64,000 nucleotides of DNA from Eledone cirrhosa (lineage: Eukaryota), in contig OZ024742.1 in the NCBI GenBank assembly GCA_964016885.1, forward strand, positions 50,716,001-50,780,000. The letters are read 5' to 3'. How positions within the stretch are numbered: position 1 is the first letter of the stretch; each line of letters begins with the position of its first letter. Made by a program: the position numbers and the translations under genes. Shown piece by piece: positions 26,510 through 40,183 of this stretch. Below the pieces are notes generated by a model. The model did not search any database. It was not told the origin of the DNA and saw only the letters and a list, made by a program, of their open reading frames with translations.

Positions 26510-27862
26510 ATTTATAACATAGCATTTGCTCAAGTTTGAGTGAATGATCAAATTGGTGGAGCGGCAGATAAACTGCACTTGCATCTTTTGTTATGTCTCT
26601 GAGTGCAAATCCCAAGGTCACATTTACCGTTCATTCATCAGAGACCGATAAATGTACAAGTCATTATTGCAGTTAATTTCGTCAAATTTGCCCTTACACA
26701 ATATGTGCTGTCTTTTTGTCGAAATTAATATACACCGGAAAAGCTTACACATTTGCATAAATGCAGTGAAATTAATCTCATCCTGTATTTGATTGATATA
26801 TAGATTATCAAATAGTTTAAAGTCACTTTTATGTATATTGTGGTGAGAATTGAACCATTTACAAAATGAGAATTATCTAAATACCACAAAAGGAAATTTA
26901 TTCGGGTATTTGGTACCCCCTTTTTTCATTGCTGCGTCTTAATATTATTGGCAGCTATATTATCCTTTCGTAACCACAAAGAGAAAACAATAACTTCATT
27001 AAATAACATCAATTTCTCTTAATGGAATATGCGATAATAGCCGTAGAGATATATTATAAATTACAGAAGAAAAAAATAATTCTGCAAGTGATGGAAGATA
27101 ACGAGAAAACACTATTTGTACAGAAATAGTTTGCAGAATCATAAAAGTAAATAAAAACGCTACTCTAGAGAAATCCTTTATGACATGCGTGATGTATGGA
27201 TTGTTCATTACTAATCAATATATATATATATATGTGTGTATGTGTGCGTTGGGGCGATGTATGTGTGTTTGTGTGTGGGTGTGTGTGCATGCGTGCGTTT
27301 GAGTCTAATGTATATTATTCATGTGGTAAATGGTGATCTCCGTTGTAACCTAAATATGCCACTTAACAAGATATTACAGAATTATACTGTCTTTCATCTT
27401 CAGAAACCGAAGTTGATACTCTGACATCACTTATTGATATCTCATGGTATTCATTTTCAATAAATTACAATTATGATTTCTAGCATGGATACAACGCTAT
27501 ATATGTTTTGCGAGAGAGTATAAACGGATATATTGACGCCATCACTTGCCTGGTATATTTGTGTTTCTTCTGTAGGGATTGGAATGAATATTGCAAATGA
27601 ACAGAAGATATTTTAACTATTTATATTTGGCCCTCACTTATCATCCACTATCATAAAAACGCACACTGTACAGTTTGTAAGTCGGTATTCTTGTGTCACG
27701 AAAGGAAGCTAACTATGGTTTACGTTAGGAAAGACATCCAACTGTAGAAAAGGACACAAAAAAAACCCCACCGTATTTGCGAGATGTAGTCACTTGACTA
27801 ATCTAATCCATAAAAGCATGGCAAATAGATGTTAAACGGTGCTGCAAATATATATATATATA

Positions 27863-30662
27863 CATTTGCATTGTCGAGGCTTCCAAACGACTTAAAGATA
27901 TTTACTTATTGTTCCACAATGCTTCAAGCAAACTTCAATACTCTCTTATCCTTACACCTGAGCCAGGAATTGTTTGCATCCGTAAGGGAACTGTTTAGAC
28001 TGTCGGAGAAATGGGCCAACGCTGGCTGCCAAATTATTTTCCTGAAACGCTGCCTAAAAAACGATGTCATCCCCAACACCATCAAGAACATCTGCTTACC
28101 AGTAAGCCTACGTACACCAGCCTTCCAAAACACCACTAACCGCATACATCGCACGTGTATTAAACAGATCCTGAGACATCTCAACCGCCAATTACACGTC
28201 CATAAGCGGACACTCTCAGAGCGGACACATCGACTGCCAATAGCACCCGGAGACTTGCTCCTAAAAATCCCTGAAGCAATCGACCAGTGCTACCACTCCA
28301 GAATCCAATACGAGAAAAAACGGCTCAAGCGAAAATATGAGTGGATCTTGTCGAAACGCCACAACGAGAACATCGACACTAACGAACAGACGGACCAGAA
28401 CCACGTGGAAAACAACAACTTAACAACCGCCACCGCCGCAACCGCCAACACCGAGCCATACCTCAACGATGCGACGCACCTGGTCACCGACCTAACCGGC
28501 ACTCTCACGAGCGATGAGCTGAAACTCCTACACCTCGGACCTACGTCTCGACGACAGACTCAAACTCAACATCGAGGCCAACTTTTGTCGAGCTGCTTAC
28601 CAACTTAAATGGGTGACCGCTATCAACAGCGCCACAGACAATAACAGCATCGACACAACCCACCCCAAGTTCCCCACTTACCACCCCGACAACCCACTCC
28701 ACCCCCACCCATCAACCACGAACTCGACACTAAACTCATCAGGCTAAAACACTCCATCTCGGATATACTTCACAAACACACACACACACGCACAACACAT
28801 AACCTCACCAAATCTCAACTCACCACTCTCTCCAACCTAAAATCGAAGAACCTCATCTATCTCCCCTCCGACAAGGGAAAAAAATACTGCGTCAGCAGCA
28901 GAGAGGCCATCAACACCCTGGCCCGCCAACACCTTGACGATGACAACCTCTACTCCAAGGTCACGGGAATCACTCCCGCGCAGATATAAGAACACATCAA
29001 CTCCGCCTGGACCAACATCTGCGACCGGCGGAAGCTCCTGAAGAAGCTGAGATACAACCTCCTCACGAGGAACAGCAGACTACCCGCCTTCTACCACCTC
29101 GTGAAAACACACAAACAGGGACCCGACCTGAAAATAAGGCCCATCGTATCGAGCGTGGAGGGACCACTCTACAAAATTTCATGACTCCTAGCCAGAATAC
29201 TCAAACCCATCTTAGACACCTTGCCGGGACACGTTAAAAGCTCCGAGGAGGTGTTGAAGCGCCTGCATCAAATGGATCCCGACACCAGAAGGAATAACAG
29301 ATATGCCTTCAGCCTTGATGTAGTCGCTCTCTACACCTAGGTCCCGGCACTCCCGGCCGTCAATATACTAATGGAACGCGTCCAATCTACCGACCTACAC
29401 TGCTTCGGGCTCACCACCACTGACATCCACCAACTCCTATCCATCGTCGTCGAAAACACCTACTTCGGATTCCTTGACCAAATATACCAACAAACCTCGG
29501 GATTGACACAGACAGAATAGGAGACACCAGATGCAAGAGACAGAGAAGCACCCAAGGCAAGTGCTTCCTTAAAATGCCACACCTGGGCGAGAAAACCACC
29601 AACGCTATCCGCGAGGCTATACGGAGGGGGGGGCTTCGACATCCACCTGGCCGACTCGAGCCCCTACCTGCGAATATGCCTCTCCAGGAAATCCGAAAAA
29701 TCTACTGACGCATGCTCCCTCAGAGACTGCCCGATACGCCATGCTAACTGTTGCCTACGCACATACGTCGTGTATAAGATAGAATGTGACAGGTGCAACC
29801 AATACTACATAGGTAGCACAATTCGACCTTTGCACATCCGGATCAAGGAACACACTAAAACCAGGGCCTCGTCTTTCCGGCAACACATAGACAAATGCGG
29901 AAACAAAGACGGAAGGCCCATTGTCACAATTCTAGCGACTGAAAGAAACGTCGGCACGTATGTATCAAGGAAGCGCTTTTTATCAAACGACTGCAACCGC
30001 ATATAAACAACCGATCAGAGAGAAGCGAAATGAAATGGCTGGTTTAAGTTAACAAGCGTTGCAACAATACACAACACACGCACACACACACGCACACTCA
30101 CAGTAGCATTCCACCATACGAACATACTACACTGCCAATACGGATTAACAAGGCAACAACACACACACACTCTCAAGCGAGACAACAACACATGCACACA
30201 CACACACAGTAACATTTAACAAACAGGCACAGAATGGACTGACAGCTAGCGCCATCCCACTCCCTCATTCGGCCGCTGACCTCTGTACGACCGACCCCAT
30301 TTCACGCGCATGCGCGCTCTGACGAATACCTCAGATATTCAAAACAACAAACAGCGAAAGACGCGTTCCGGACTTGTCCGACAGACAACTTTTTCCCACA
30401 CCCCGGAAAAAAACCCCAGTTGATGGATGTGAATCCGAAATATATAGGGACTATTAAATCTCTCCCAAGGTAACTCTCTCTTGTGTTGTTATTATTATTT
30501 TTATCCTTTATACTCTTCCCTTCATTCTACACATCTCACACATATTATACACACCACGCATCTCAACGTACACCCACTTACATCTCTCGCTCCACCACCG
30601 GACCTTGTTACCCGGAGATTTACCCATTTGCATTGTCGAGGCTTCCAAACGAATTAAAGATA
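27863..30662 (+). mobile_element. Near full-length Penelope-like element with 38-bp terminal direct repeat, inserted in (TA)n; internal RT deletion
   Basis: catttgcattgtcgaggcttccaaacgaMttaaagata at 27863-27900 and 30625-30662; ORF: FLKRCLKNDVIP, LKLLHLGP, YLPSDKG, FYHLVKTHK, IRPIVSS, FSLDVVALYT, then GIY-YIG VYKIECDRCNQYYIGSTIRPLHIRIKEH; RT YxDD region missing near 29500. Confidence 0.92.
30414..30449 (+). ncRNA. Hammerhead-like motif with non-canonical CAGUUGA core
   Basis: ccc-CAGUUGA-u-ggau(guga)aucc-GAAA-uaua-UA-ggg; at the expected PLE 3' position; identical copy at 41425-41460. Confidence 0.6.
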
Positions 30663-30666
30663 AATA

Positions 30667-30765
<99 letters not shown>

Positions 30766-31666
30766 CAATAATCAAAGTTCAGTTTAAATCATTTATTTGC
30801 TAACAATTGTTTCCTCCAAACCGAGGTTTGGATTCTTCGGAGCAACTATTTAGTGATCTATAACATACTTCACCTCCTTTTCAACACAAGAGACATATAA
30901 AAACTTATGCATATATTGACCCACACTGGGTTGACATCCATCATAATGATATAGCATGCCAATTTACATATAAAGGTTAAAGGATTAAAATGAAAATAAA
31001 AATAAGAATAAAAATGAAAATAAAAATAAAACATTGGCAGTTTATGAAGATAAAGCAAGAGGAAAGTTTAGAGTAGTCAGTGCATGAAACAATCTCACGT
31101 GTAGCATGCACGCGTGTCTTATTCATACAGGATTAGAGTGCGGCAGATTGTTACTTGTAGAATCAGGCAGTTAAACCAGGCAATCAATATTATCATGTGG
31201 GCCGTATTGTTAAATCATTTTTTCGCATACACCTGTATGATATACAATCCCGAATGTAGAGAAACACCAAAATATCAAACATATCACAAAACATATTATA
31301 AAATAGGCAAAACAGCACCACTGTGTTCGCACACATCACCACTCACACAATCCATGAAACGCAATATATAGACTACAGGTCTATCACACAATCCACGATG
31401 ATTCAGCCTTGGGTGTCTGGAGAGTCAAGCTATAACCCATATCTTGTCGTTTCTTACTTTGATTAATAGATCAGGATGTTTTAGTTGTGTGAGAAGACAT
31501 TTCATATTCCGGAAGTGTGTGTGTGACTAAGGGGAGTTAATGTGTAAGGGGAGTTAATGCGTAAGGGGAGGTAACTAGCTGATTTTCATAGTTAAATTTA
31601 TTATCTTAAATTACATTAATTGTGTTTGAAGTGAGTTCCTATCATTTGAGGTTATAACCAATTTCT

Positions 31667-32334
31667 AAATTAAGTTACTTATCTATAAGTTACAGTGTAG
31701 TCTATTATTAAGTACTAAAGGTGTTCATATCAGGATGATTACCTTCTATTATGGAGTGCCACACCTGAACATTCTATAAGAAGAGTCAGACCTCCAAATC
31801 AATGATCTTTGTAAGTGTATTCCACCCGCAGGACCTGGCAGGGTCTTATTACTATATATGACTCCCGGTAAGCTCTGGGTCATTGTATGTCTGAATCCTT
31901 GGCACATTTAAATATCACCAGGGTGGTCCGGAGATCAATTCTCTCATACAAATACCCTAGTCTGGCCATCAAGCAATACATACACTCTCAACTCATATAT
32001 AAATTAGGTTTGTTATCTATGAATTAGAGTGTAGTCTACTAAGAAGTACTAAAGGTGTTCATATCAGGGTAATTACCTTCCATTATGGAGTGCCACACCT
32101 GAACAATCTATAAGAAGAGTCAGACCTCCAAATCAATGATCTTTGCAAGTGTAGTACACCCGCAGAACCTGGCAGGTTCTTATTACTATATATGACTCCC
32201 GGTAAGCTCTGGGTCATTGTATGTCTGAATCCTTGGCAAAATTGAATATCACCAGGGTGGTCCGGAGACCAATTCCCTCATAGAAAGACACTAATCTGGC
32301 CATCAAGCAATACAGAAACTCCTAACTCATATAT
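31667..32334. repeat. 334-bp tandem duplication (2 copies)
   Basis: agtgtagtcta at 31694 and 32028; copies align along their length; downstream of the minus-strand PLE ORF. Confidence 0.92.
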
Positions 32335-32729
32335 CACATGTACATAATTCATTGTACTCAGCATATAGAGTATATAGTCCCTTTAATAATAAATTAATTA
32401 CTTAATCATCTATTTATCCTATGGTGGCACTCTATGCACAGGAACATGTTAGCACAACCAATACAGTGCCTACAGTTTATATTAATCATATATTTGTGCA
32501 GTGTAGTCCAAGTAATTCAAGGCCAATATATCAGAAGTAGAGGTACATTGGGGTGTCTCCAGGGTAAAATGTACTATAAGGGTGCCACTATTTGCGTTAG
32601 AGTGTATAAATGGGTGTGGAGATGAGGTGTAAGGTGTGCCACTGATACTGATTGCTAGAGGTGGTGACGGGTTCAAGTCTGACATTGTTATATATAGGGT
32701 TTAAAGTTTTGGAAAGAATGTCGGAAGCG

Positions 32730-34370
32730 GTGTTGGCAAGATGCGAACACTTCTGATTTTTTATTAAGGAGATTTTGGTTAGAGAAGATGATAGTATGGG
32801 TCTCTATCATGGTATGGCAGAGGTTACAAAATGTATGAGGTGGTTTGTACGATGTCGCATTACCTACCACTTCCCATTTAAGTGTATATAGTTTATTTTT
32901 ATTTTTTAGATAGTGTATGTAGCTAGATAGTGAGCTAGACTGTGCTTTTAGAAAGAGTGGAGGTGCGAATTGTATCTAGTTTTGAAGCAGTTAGAAGTAG
33001 AGCCTATATAGGTTTCAGAAGAGTTGTTAGTTGTGACTGTGCATGAGTATATGATATCCTTGGTTAAGCATTTTTTATCTAAAGGGCAGGTTCTATTTGA
33101 TCTACAGTTACAATTATTCTGGGTGTTAGTCTGCCGGTTAATATGCTGTGTAGAAGTCTGGATGTTAGCTATAGGGTTATGGCTATGTGGGTTGCCGTTC
33201 TCAGCGTTATTGTTTACACTAGTGCTATTACTATTATTTCTATTGATATTAGGGTTAGTTGTTATAATGTTATTTTGAAGGTTTATTGTCTGTTGTGATT
33301 TAGTTTGTTGGAAGTAAGAATTAATTTTTCTTTTATTGCTACTAGCTATGTGGTATGCTAAGTTAGGCGTAGTAGAATATGAGATTTTAATAGTGTTTTT
33401 GTTTAAAAGGCTATGGTACTTGTGGCCGGATGGGAAGTTTTTATCTAGTAGTGAGAAGAAAGCCCTAGGTAGGTTGGTAGAGACGTTTAGATTGAAAGGA
33501 GGGTTGAAAAATGTATTATTTCTTCTTCTATTTCTTTTTTTATGTCTGGTGATTTCTTTCCTTTTATGGTACTATGGTAATTTCTGTGGTGTGGGTTACT
33601 TTTGTTAGTATCATCCCTATTAGTGTGTGTGTGGTTGCCATTCTTATTACTAAATTTTCTCATGGACATGTTGTGCGAAGTAATGTTGTAGCTATGCGTT
33701 TTTGTAGGTAGGAACTCGATCTCTATATTATGGCCTGATCTAGATAATGCCTGATTATAATATTGCGAGTTTTTGTTAAATATGTTTACGTCATAGGATA
33801 GATTAGAGATTCTATTAGATACTCCCTTAGAGATAGAGTTTAATATAGATCTAGGGTGGTTAGACTTGGTATCTACGTAAATGAGTTTTTCATTAGGTTT
33901 GTGGAAAGGTGCATATATCATTGTGTCTAGGTAGAGTGTGGCGTCTAGGAAGTTGACGTTTTTAGTGTTTTTGTCCATGGTAATACTAAGGTTATAGTTT
34001 TTGAATGTTTTGTGCAATAGTTTTCTAGTTCTTTCTATATTGAATTTGTTATAATCTATAAGTAGAAGTGCATCGTCGCGTTACAAACCACCGTTGGGGT
34101 AAGGAAGGTCCTTATGGATTTGGTTAAGTAAATATAGGCCGACTAAATCAGTGACCTGCGCCGAGTCACTAGACCCCATGGTAATGTCGAAGTTGTTTTG
34201 CGTATCTTTGCGGGTCCATAATTGGTCTTCAAAGGTGATTAGTGTTTTACGAGCCGCAAGTATGACATCAATCTGGTGTCTAGTCAGGTCACTATTGTCC
34301 ATGGCCATTATAAGTGCCTTATTTAATAGGATAGGGGAAATAGAGGTGTAGTAAGAATTGATATCAATTA

Positions 34371-34372
<2 letters not shown>
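32730..34372 (-). mobile_element. 5'-truncated Penelope-like element (RT + GIY-YIG)
   Basis: DINSYYTSI; FDITMGSSDSAQVTDLVGLYLL; GGL*RDD; VNFLDATL; KPNEKLIYVDTKSNHP; CNCRSNRTCPLDKKCL; ETYIGST; truncation point abuts (TA)n. Confidence 0.9.
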
Positions 34373-34400
<28 letters not shown>

Positions 34401-34403
<3 letters not shown>

Positions 34404-34480
34404 AACGAGTAGGACACCGACGGCTGAACTCAAGCTGTTTAGACGGCTAATTCTGGACTAAATGAACATTTTCATCCAGG
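34401..34480 (-). mobile_element. PLE terminal fragment with decayed 3' half of a hammerhead
   Basis: Reverse complement gtccagaattagccgtctaaacagcttgagttcagccgtcggtgtcctactcgttcc matches 7219-7276. Confidence 0.7.
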
Positions 34481-34494
34481 ATATATACCTACAC

Positions 34495-34565
<71 letters not shown>

Positions 34566-35029
34566 CCTCCATTTCTACAATTTTGCGTTTCGTTTCGCTT
34601 TTTCTACCGGCCGAAATACGATTCTCGCTGAATCATAATTGTATTAATCTCCCGAGTCTTACAATTAACCTGTTAATAATTCTATTGACAGATTAATTGC
34701 TTAAGTTTATTTTAAAAACTACCAGTTTGTGTGCTTATTCGATTTGTGCTATCTATGCAATGTTTTGTAAGATATACTCATACTGAATTCATTTGCCAAA
34801 ATATGGGGAATTTCCCATTGTGACTTACTCATGTGCGTTTACTAAGCTCTGCGTCATTCGCAAAGTTGGTTACAGAGCAAAATTACCTGTTGATAACGTG
34901 TAATTCCTTGATCGATCTCTATGCTGAAAGGTTATAGTTTTAAGCAGACAGTATTATTTATTTAGGGGTCATAGAAACCCTGCATTTGGATTTTACCACC
35001 TATTCCATTTGGGTCCAGGTTTTTATCAT

Positions 35030-35200
35030 TTATTATGTTTGACATGTTTAGCTTGATTTGTTTTTTGGCTTAGGTGGTTAATGCCTTCTTAAGCACTTTT
35101 TCAGTTTATATGGCGTTTTAAACATATTGTTTAGCTCTGGTTTTTTAACTATTGAGCGCTTGCCAGCATTTCTACGCTTTTGCGTTTCCTTTCACTTTGC
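35030..35200 (-). repeat. Dispersed repeat (copy at 46225-46435 plus; partial at 34565-34628)
   Basis: ctctggttttttaactattgagcgcttgccag is the near reverse complement of ctggcaaagtgctcaatagttaaaaaaccagag. Confidence 0.65.
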
Positions 35201-35465
35201 ATTTGTGTGTGTGTGTGTGTTTGTGTCTGTGTGTCTTTGTGCCTTGCCACCGTTGCAAAAATCTGAAGCAAATACATCTGGTATGAGAAGAAATTGAAAT
35301 ATGTCTTGTATATTAGTGTTAATTTTCATGCAATACACAAATGTATAAATTAGAAACGTCATATAAATGTATGTATGTGTGTATATATATATATATACAT
35401 ATGTCCCAAGGCTCTGATACCATCAACACCATAAACACAGAGCTGGCATATCTAAGAATTGACTA

Positions 35466-35521
35466 ACTGCCTGATGAGGTCATAGCCATTCAATGGCTAT
35501 CATCGAAATATATATAGCAGT
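35466..35521 (+). ncRNA. Minimal type I hammerhead ribozyme in a solo PLE pseudo-LTR fragment (about 35402-35566)
   Basis: acugc-CUGAUGA-ggucauagccau(uca)auggcuaucauc-GAAA-uauaua-UA-gcagu; perfect 5-bp stem I; fragment flanked by TA repeats. Confidence 0.85.
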
Positions 35522-36268
35522 AAATAAAGGATTATGAGTTCATGCAATTGACTTATGTTTCGTCACTATATATATATATATATTTATTTATTTATGTGTG
35601 TGTATGTGTGTGTGCGTGTATGTGTGTGTATGTGTGTATATGTGTGTGTATGTATGTATACAGACATTTGATTATGATTTTCTATTCATGTTTCTGGAAT
35701 GCATAACAAAAGCAAACATACCCATGTTATTATATATTTATCTACTGAAGCCTAATACCAAATTAGCAAATAAGATTAATTATAATCTCGCCAAGACAAG
35801 AAACAATATTTTACTTCATATAATAATGACTATCACCGTTATCTCATTCGTTGTGTCTTGTAAACATTTGGCTTCTGCTATACAGAAACACACAGACACA
35901 GAGACGCAAACATACACATTAAACATTTTGTTAGATACATAAATTCTGAATCGAGTTAGGATATATGTCGTAGTATCAGCCACATGCATATTAGTTTCAC
36001 GTGGATGCAGCTTCACTGTTCAAAATATCCTCACCATTGTAATCGAAGGTAGTTCAACACATATACAAAAATCCCCACACACAAAAAGAGCATATTTATA
36101 GAAAATTAGAGATATGTAGGATGTTTTTTTTTAGTCTTTCACGTGTTTCAATATAAGTGAAAATGAAAAAAGGAAATGTTTTGCAAGTGTTTTGTTTAAG
36201 AGACATTCTAGTATATGCGTAATGAATTTGTCACATTTTTTTACATCACTCGTGTAACTTCAGAATAT

Positions 36269-36437
36269 TGAGGGTCGGACGCCATGCTTTGACGCATAGA
36301 GTTACGGCCATTCTCATTCTGAGTTCAAATCACGCCGAGGTTAACTTTGCCTTTCATCCTTACGGGGTCGATAAAATAAAGTACAAGTAATACACTGGGT
36401 AATTGCTGGTCTTGTGCCTAACGTAGAAACAATTATT
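36269..36437 (+). mobile_element. tRNA-derived SINE (5'-clipped), first of tandem pair
   Basis: Family match. Confidence 0.88.
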
Positions 36438-36444
36438 ATGTACA

Positions 36445-36635
36445 GGGCCGTGGGTTGGCAGTATCGGTAGCGGGTCGGACGCCACGCCTTCCAGCATAGA
36501 GTTATGTCCCTTTACGGTCTGATCTCAAATCCCACCTAGGTTAACTTTGCCTTTCATCCTTACGAGGCCGATAAAATAAAGTAGCAGTAATGCACTGGGA
36601 TAATTGCTGGCCTTGTGCCAAAAGTAGAAACAAAG
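36445..36635 (+). mobile_element. tRNA-derived SINE, second of tandem pair
   Basis: Family match; atgtaca flanks both sides. Confidence 0.88.
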
Positions 36636-37143
36636 ATCATGTACAAGCTTAAAAATTAGGAGATCTCATAGAGAAAAATACCTAAACTCAATCTGTTTAG
36701 TATGCCATCCTAATTCAGACAGTAAGAAGTATCATAATTTATAGGTGACTCAGAATCATGGTATTTTTAAATTTAGATTCTCTTGTCCATAGGAGCCTCT
36801 GACTAGTCTTGTCTGCCTGTACAACTATTTTACTAGACATCCTCAACTATTATTTGTAGTGATTGACTGTTATTACAATTATTTTCTGTGATTGGTTTCC
36901 ACACATTTTCAAATATATATATATATTAAAATACAAATATTAATAAAATAGATGTTCTTTTGATGAATTAAATTTTATTATACATATTTCAGAGGTACAA
37001 CAGTACGTCATCATCAGACAAAATATAATGATACATGACATACCCTGAGATGTTAAATAGTTAATACTTAATACTGTAGAGTGCTCCCAATCTACTGTAA
37101 AACTCATTCTCTTTGATGTACTCATTGAATCTTGTTTAACTCA

Positions 37144-37188
<45 letters not shown>

Positions 37189-37391
37189 CGTTTCTGAATT
37201 TGTTTAGCAAGATTCTTTATCTGAAATCGTGTGTTGAAACCGATATTGTTATACTTTGGGAGGGTCATGTTGCCTATAGGAGACACACGCACCAGTTGTT
37301 TCCCTTCAATTTATTATAATAAATTTATAAATTTAGGAATTTATAAATTTCTGGTTGGTTGGTTCCACAACCAGATTGTTGTTTATATACT

Positions 37392-37434
37392 GTCAAAGTT
37401 CTTTCGTCACACATTATGTGACCTCTTCAGTGAC
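37392..37434 (-). ncRNA. Minimal type I hammerhead ribozyme in PLE pseudo-LTR
   Basis: guca-CUGAAGA-g-gucaca(uaaug)ugugac-GAAA-gaac-UU-ugac; perfect stems I and II. Confidence 0.85.
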
Positions 37435-37635
37435 TGGGGATTTTTTTCTTTGTTTTTGTGCCTCTCCTTTGTTCTGTCCTACGCCATTTTGTTTCTGCGT
37501 GTGTGTTATGTGCTCAGTCTGCGCATGCGCCACATCCGGGTATCTGTGTGTGTTTATATTTGTTTATTTATTTGTTTATTTACATGTTACCGGTTGGTTG
37601 TTTGTTCTATGTGTGTGTGTGTTTTCATTTTGTCC

Positions 37636-39330
37636 TTAATTGTAAGTTGTGATGTTGCTGTTCCACTCATATTTTCTATTTAATTTTGGTTGTAATTCTT
37701 TTATGTTTATTGCCTCTGCGATTTGTCTAAACATTGCGTCTTTTCTGTGTGTAGATTCTATTTTTATTTCTATGTTCTCTAATTTACCTTTATGTTCTAT
37801 TTTAGCATGTTGGTAGAGTACAGATGATTCTTTACTATCTTGAAGGTCTCGCCAGTGTTCATTTATCCGTTCCCTTACACTACGAGCTGTCTCACCTATG
37901 TACACTATATTTTTGTCTCTACATTGTCCTTCAGTACATCTTATGCTATAAACTACATTTCTAGTTTTACAGTAAATATGGGGGCTTATTTTACAGGTTA
38001 TACATTTCTTATCTATACAAGGGGGTCTTTTGAAAGGGTATGTCTTGCTAATAAGTGTTTTTACGGAGGTACCTGGTCTTTCTACTATCTTAATATTGAG
38101 TTTATGTTTATTTAGGGCCCTTCTAAATTTGTAAGCTAATTCACCTCTAGGGGTTGTATCGATGAACATTACACTCTGGTATTTATTGCTATCATACCAT
38201 GAGTTTATTCTATTAGCCTTATTCCTAGTTATTTTTATTCTATTCCAAAATTTGCTCCTATACATGGGGCAGGTCCCATTTGTGTCATTATTTACCATTT
38301 TTTCCCATTTGGTTCTGGCTCCTCTATACACTCTGATTCTATCTCTCTGATTGTAACCAGAGAACTGCATACGGTGGATGAAGTGTTGTATGTGTCTCTC
38401 TAGTTCTTCGAGGTTGCACATGCGGGACACGTTTCTCATCACCCGTACCAAATCCGCAATCAGTATGTTGATTTTGGTATGGTCCGAAACAGCCGAGTTT
38501 CGGTGGATCAGATGTTTGGAAGACATGGGTTTGGCATAATGGGAATGGAGGATTTGTTTTTTGTTATTAATGGTATCTAACCAGAGCTCTGTGTCTAGTA
38601 CAGATAATCGATGGTTGGGGTGTTTACTTGGGTAGTCTATAGTAACTCTAATACTCTGGTGGATGGAGTTAGCTATTTGCTGGATGCTTTCCATTGTGTT
38701 TTTCTCTAGTTCCTGACTGTTCTCTAGTGGGTGTGTCTTAACTACGATGTTTATATCGTCAACGTAGCGGGAGTACATTATCAGGGTTAAGGGGTCTTCT
38801 AATTATTCTTTAAGTTTAAGTTTAAGTCTACTGTCCAACCATACCATGAATAAGTTAGCTATGTCGCCTGCAATGCTAACACCTATGGCTGCCCCTTCCT
38901 CTTGGGCATATGATTTTCCATTAAATTTGAACATATGTTCCTTAAGGGTTAGTTTTATGCTGGCCCCTACCGCATGTGCAATAATTTTCCTCAGTTCATC
39001 GTGGTTTTCGGGTGTCCGTATGGCTCTGGTCCACCCGTTCCATCTATCTGTGTGGGTTTTCTTGGCCATTGAGGTAATGGTAGGTGGTCTGCCTCTTGCT
39101 GGTCTTGTAGGGCACAGGTTTCTAAGGTCATATGTGTCTAGGTAATTATTACTATAGGTAAGTTTAAGTAGGAGTCCCAGCTCACTGGTATCAATCCCAC
39201 GGAACTCAACATTGTTCTCACTGATCATTTCTACGCATTTCTCCACAGCAAAATCCACGTCAATAGATGGATACAGGGACACAACATCCATACTACCTAT
39301 TATGCAGTTTGTTAGGTCCCTAGATCCCAA
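37636..39330 (-). pseudogene. PLE reverse transcriptase + GIY-YIG endonuclease, one in-frame TAA (38803-38805)
   Basis: IGSMDVVSLYPSID; QEEGAAIG; RYVDD; VLDTEL; HYAKPMSS; NVVYSIRC..VYIGETARSVRERINEH..RQIAEAINIKELQPKLNRKYEW; the two listed ORFs are in the same frame, 24 nt apart. Confidence 0.92.
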
Positions 39331-39376
39331 TGATTCAATTTCAAATGATATATTCAGCGAGAGAGAATGAGTCATC

Positions 39377-40089
39377 TATCGTTGGAGAAACACATAGTAT
39401 TTTATACATATGTTTAATACAAATAATATTCTGAAAAAATATACATACTTAAGGTGGACAAAGTAATATTCCTAATAGGTCGATTTCAGAGAGTCAACAG
39501 AAATAGAGGCAAGTGGAAATCGATCCAAATAATCGATTATTGATTCCGGTAAATCCAAAGAAAGACCAGGAGCAAATCATCAGAGGAATTGTTTTCAGAT
39601 ATTTACCAAACTGTACAAAATAATTGTACATCTGTTGATAGGCGAGAGTCTTAATGAGCTTCAAACCACATGGTGCCGATAAATGTTTAATGATGAGGGC
39701 AGATATAAATAGAACAGGATGACTTATCTGCTAGAAAGAGCAACGAGATACGATGTGACTGATATCGCACTGCACTTTCTAGCATGTTAGATGTCTAGTC
39801 CTATTTATAACTGCCCTCGTCGTTAAAAGGTTATCGGGACCATGTGGTTTGAAGCTTAACTAGTCTCTCGCATCTTCACATATATAAAGGTATTTTGTCC
39901 AGTGTAGGGCATATCTAATGACAATTCCTCTCATTCGTATGCCTTTACGGGAATCGATAGTCGGTAATTTAAAATCGATTACTTGGATCGAATTCCACAC
40001 GCCTAAAGATCTAATGGAGCCAACGTACTTTCAAGAATATTACTTTTTCCACCTAAAGTAATTATATACTAGGTGTTTCTCAAACGATA
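39377..40089. mobile_element. About 710-bp fold-back (palindromic MITE-like) element
   Basis: Ends tatcgttggagaaacac / gtgtttctcaaacgata; internal pairs agcttcaaaccacatggt / accatgtggtttgaagct and tgctagaaag / ctttctagca; centre near 39755; possible TA TSD. Confidence 0.85.
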
Positions 40090-40122
40090 TATAATACTTC
40101 TCTGTCATTAAATATATATTCT

Positions 40123-40183
<61 letters not shown>

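Larger units (their letters stand above)
37188..39330 (-). mobile_element. 5'-truncated, young Penelope-like element with 3' pseudo-LTR ending at (TA)n
   Basis: RT + GIY-YIG ORF, HHR at 37392-37434, terminal motif shared with 215-325. Confidence 0.92.

Noticed and set aside
38803-38805. Selenocysteine or readthrough at the PLE in-frame stop
   Set aside because: Codon is TAA, not TGA, and the endonuclease is C-terminal (not Naiad-type); simple nonsense mutation
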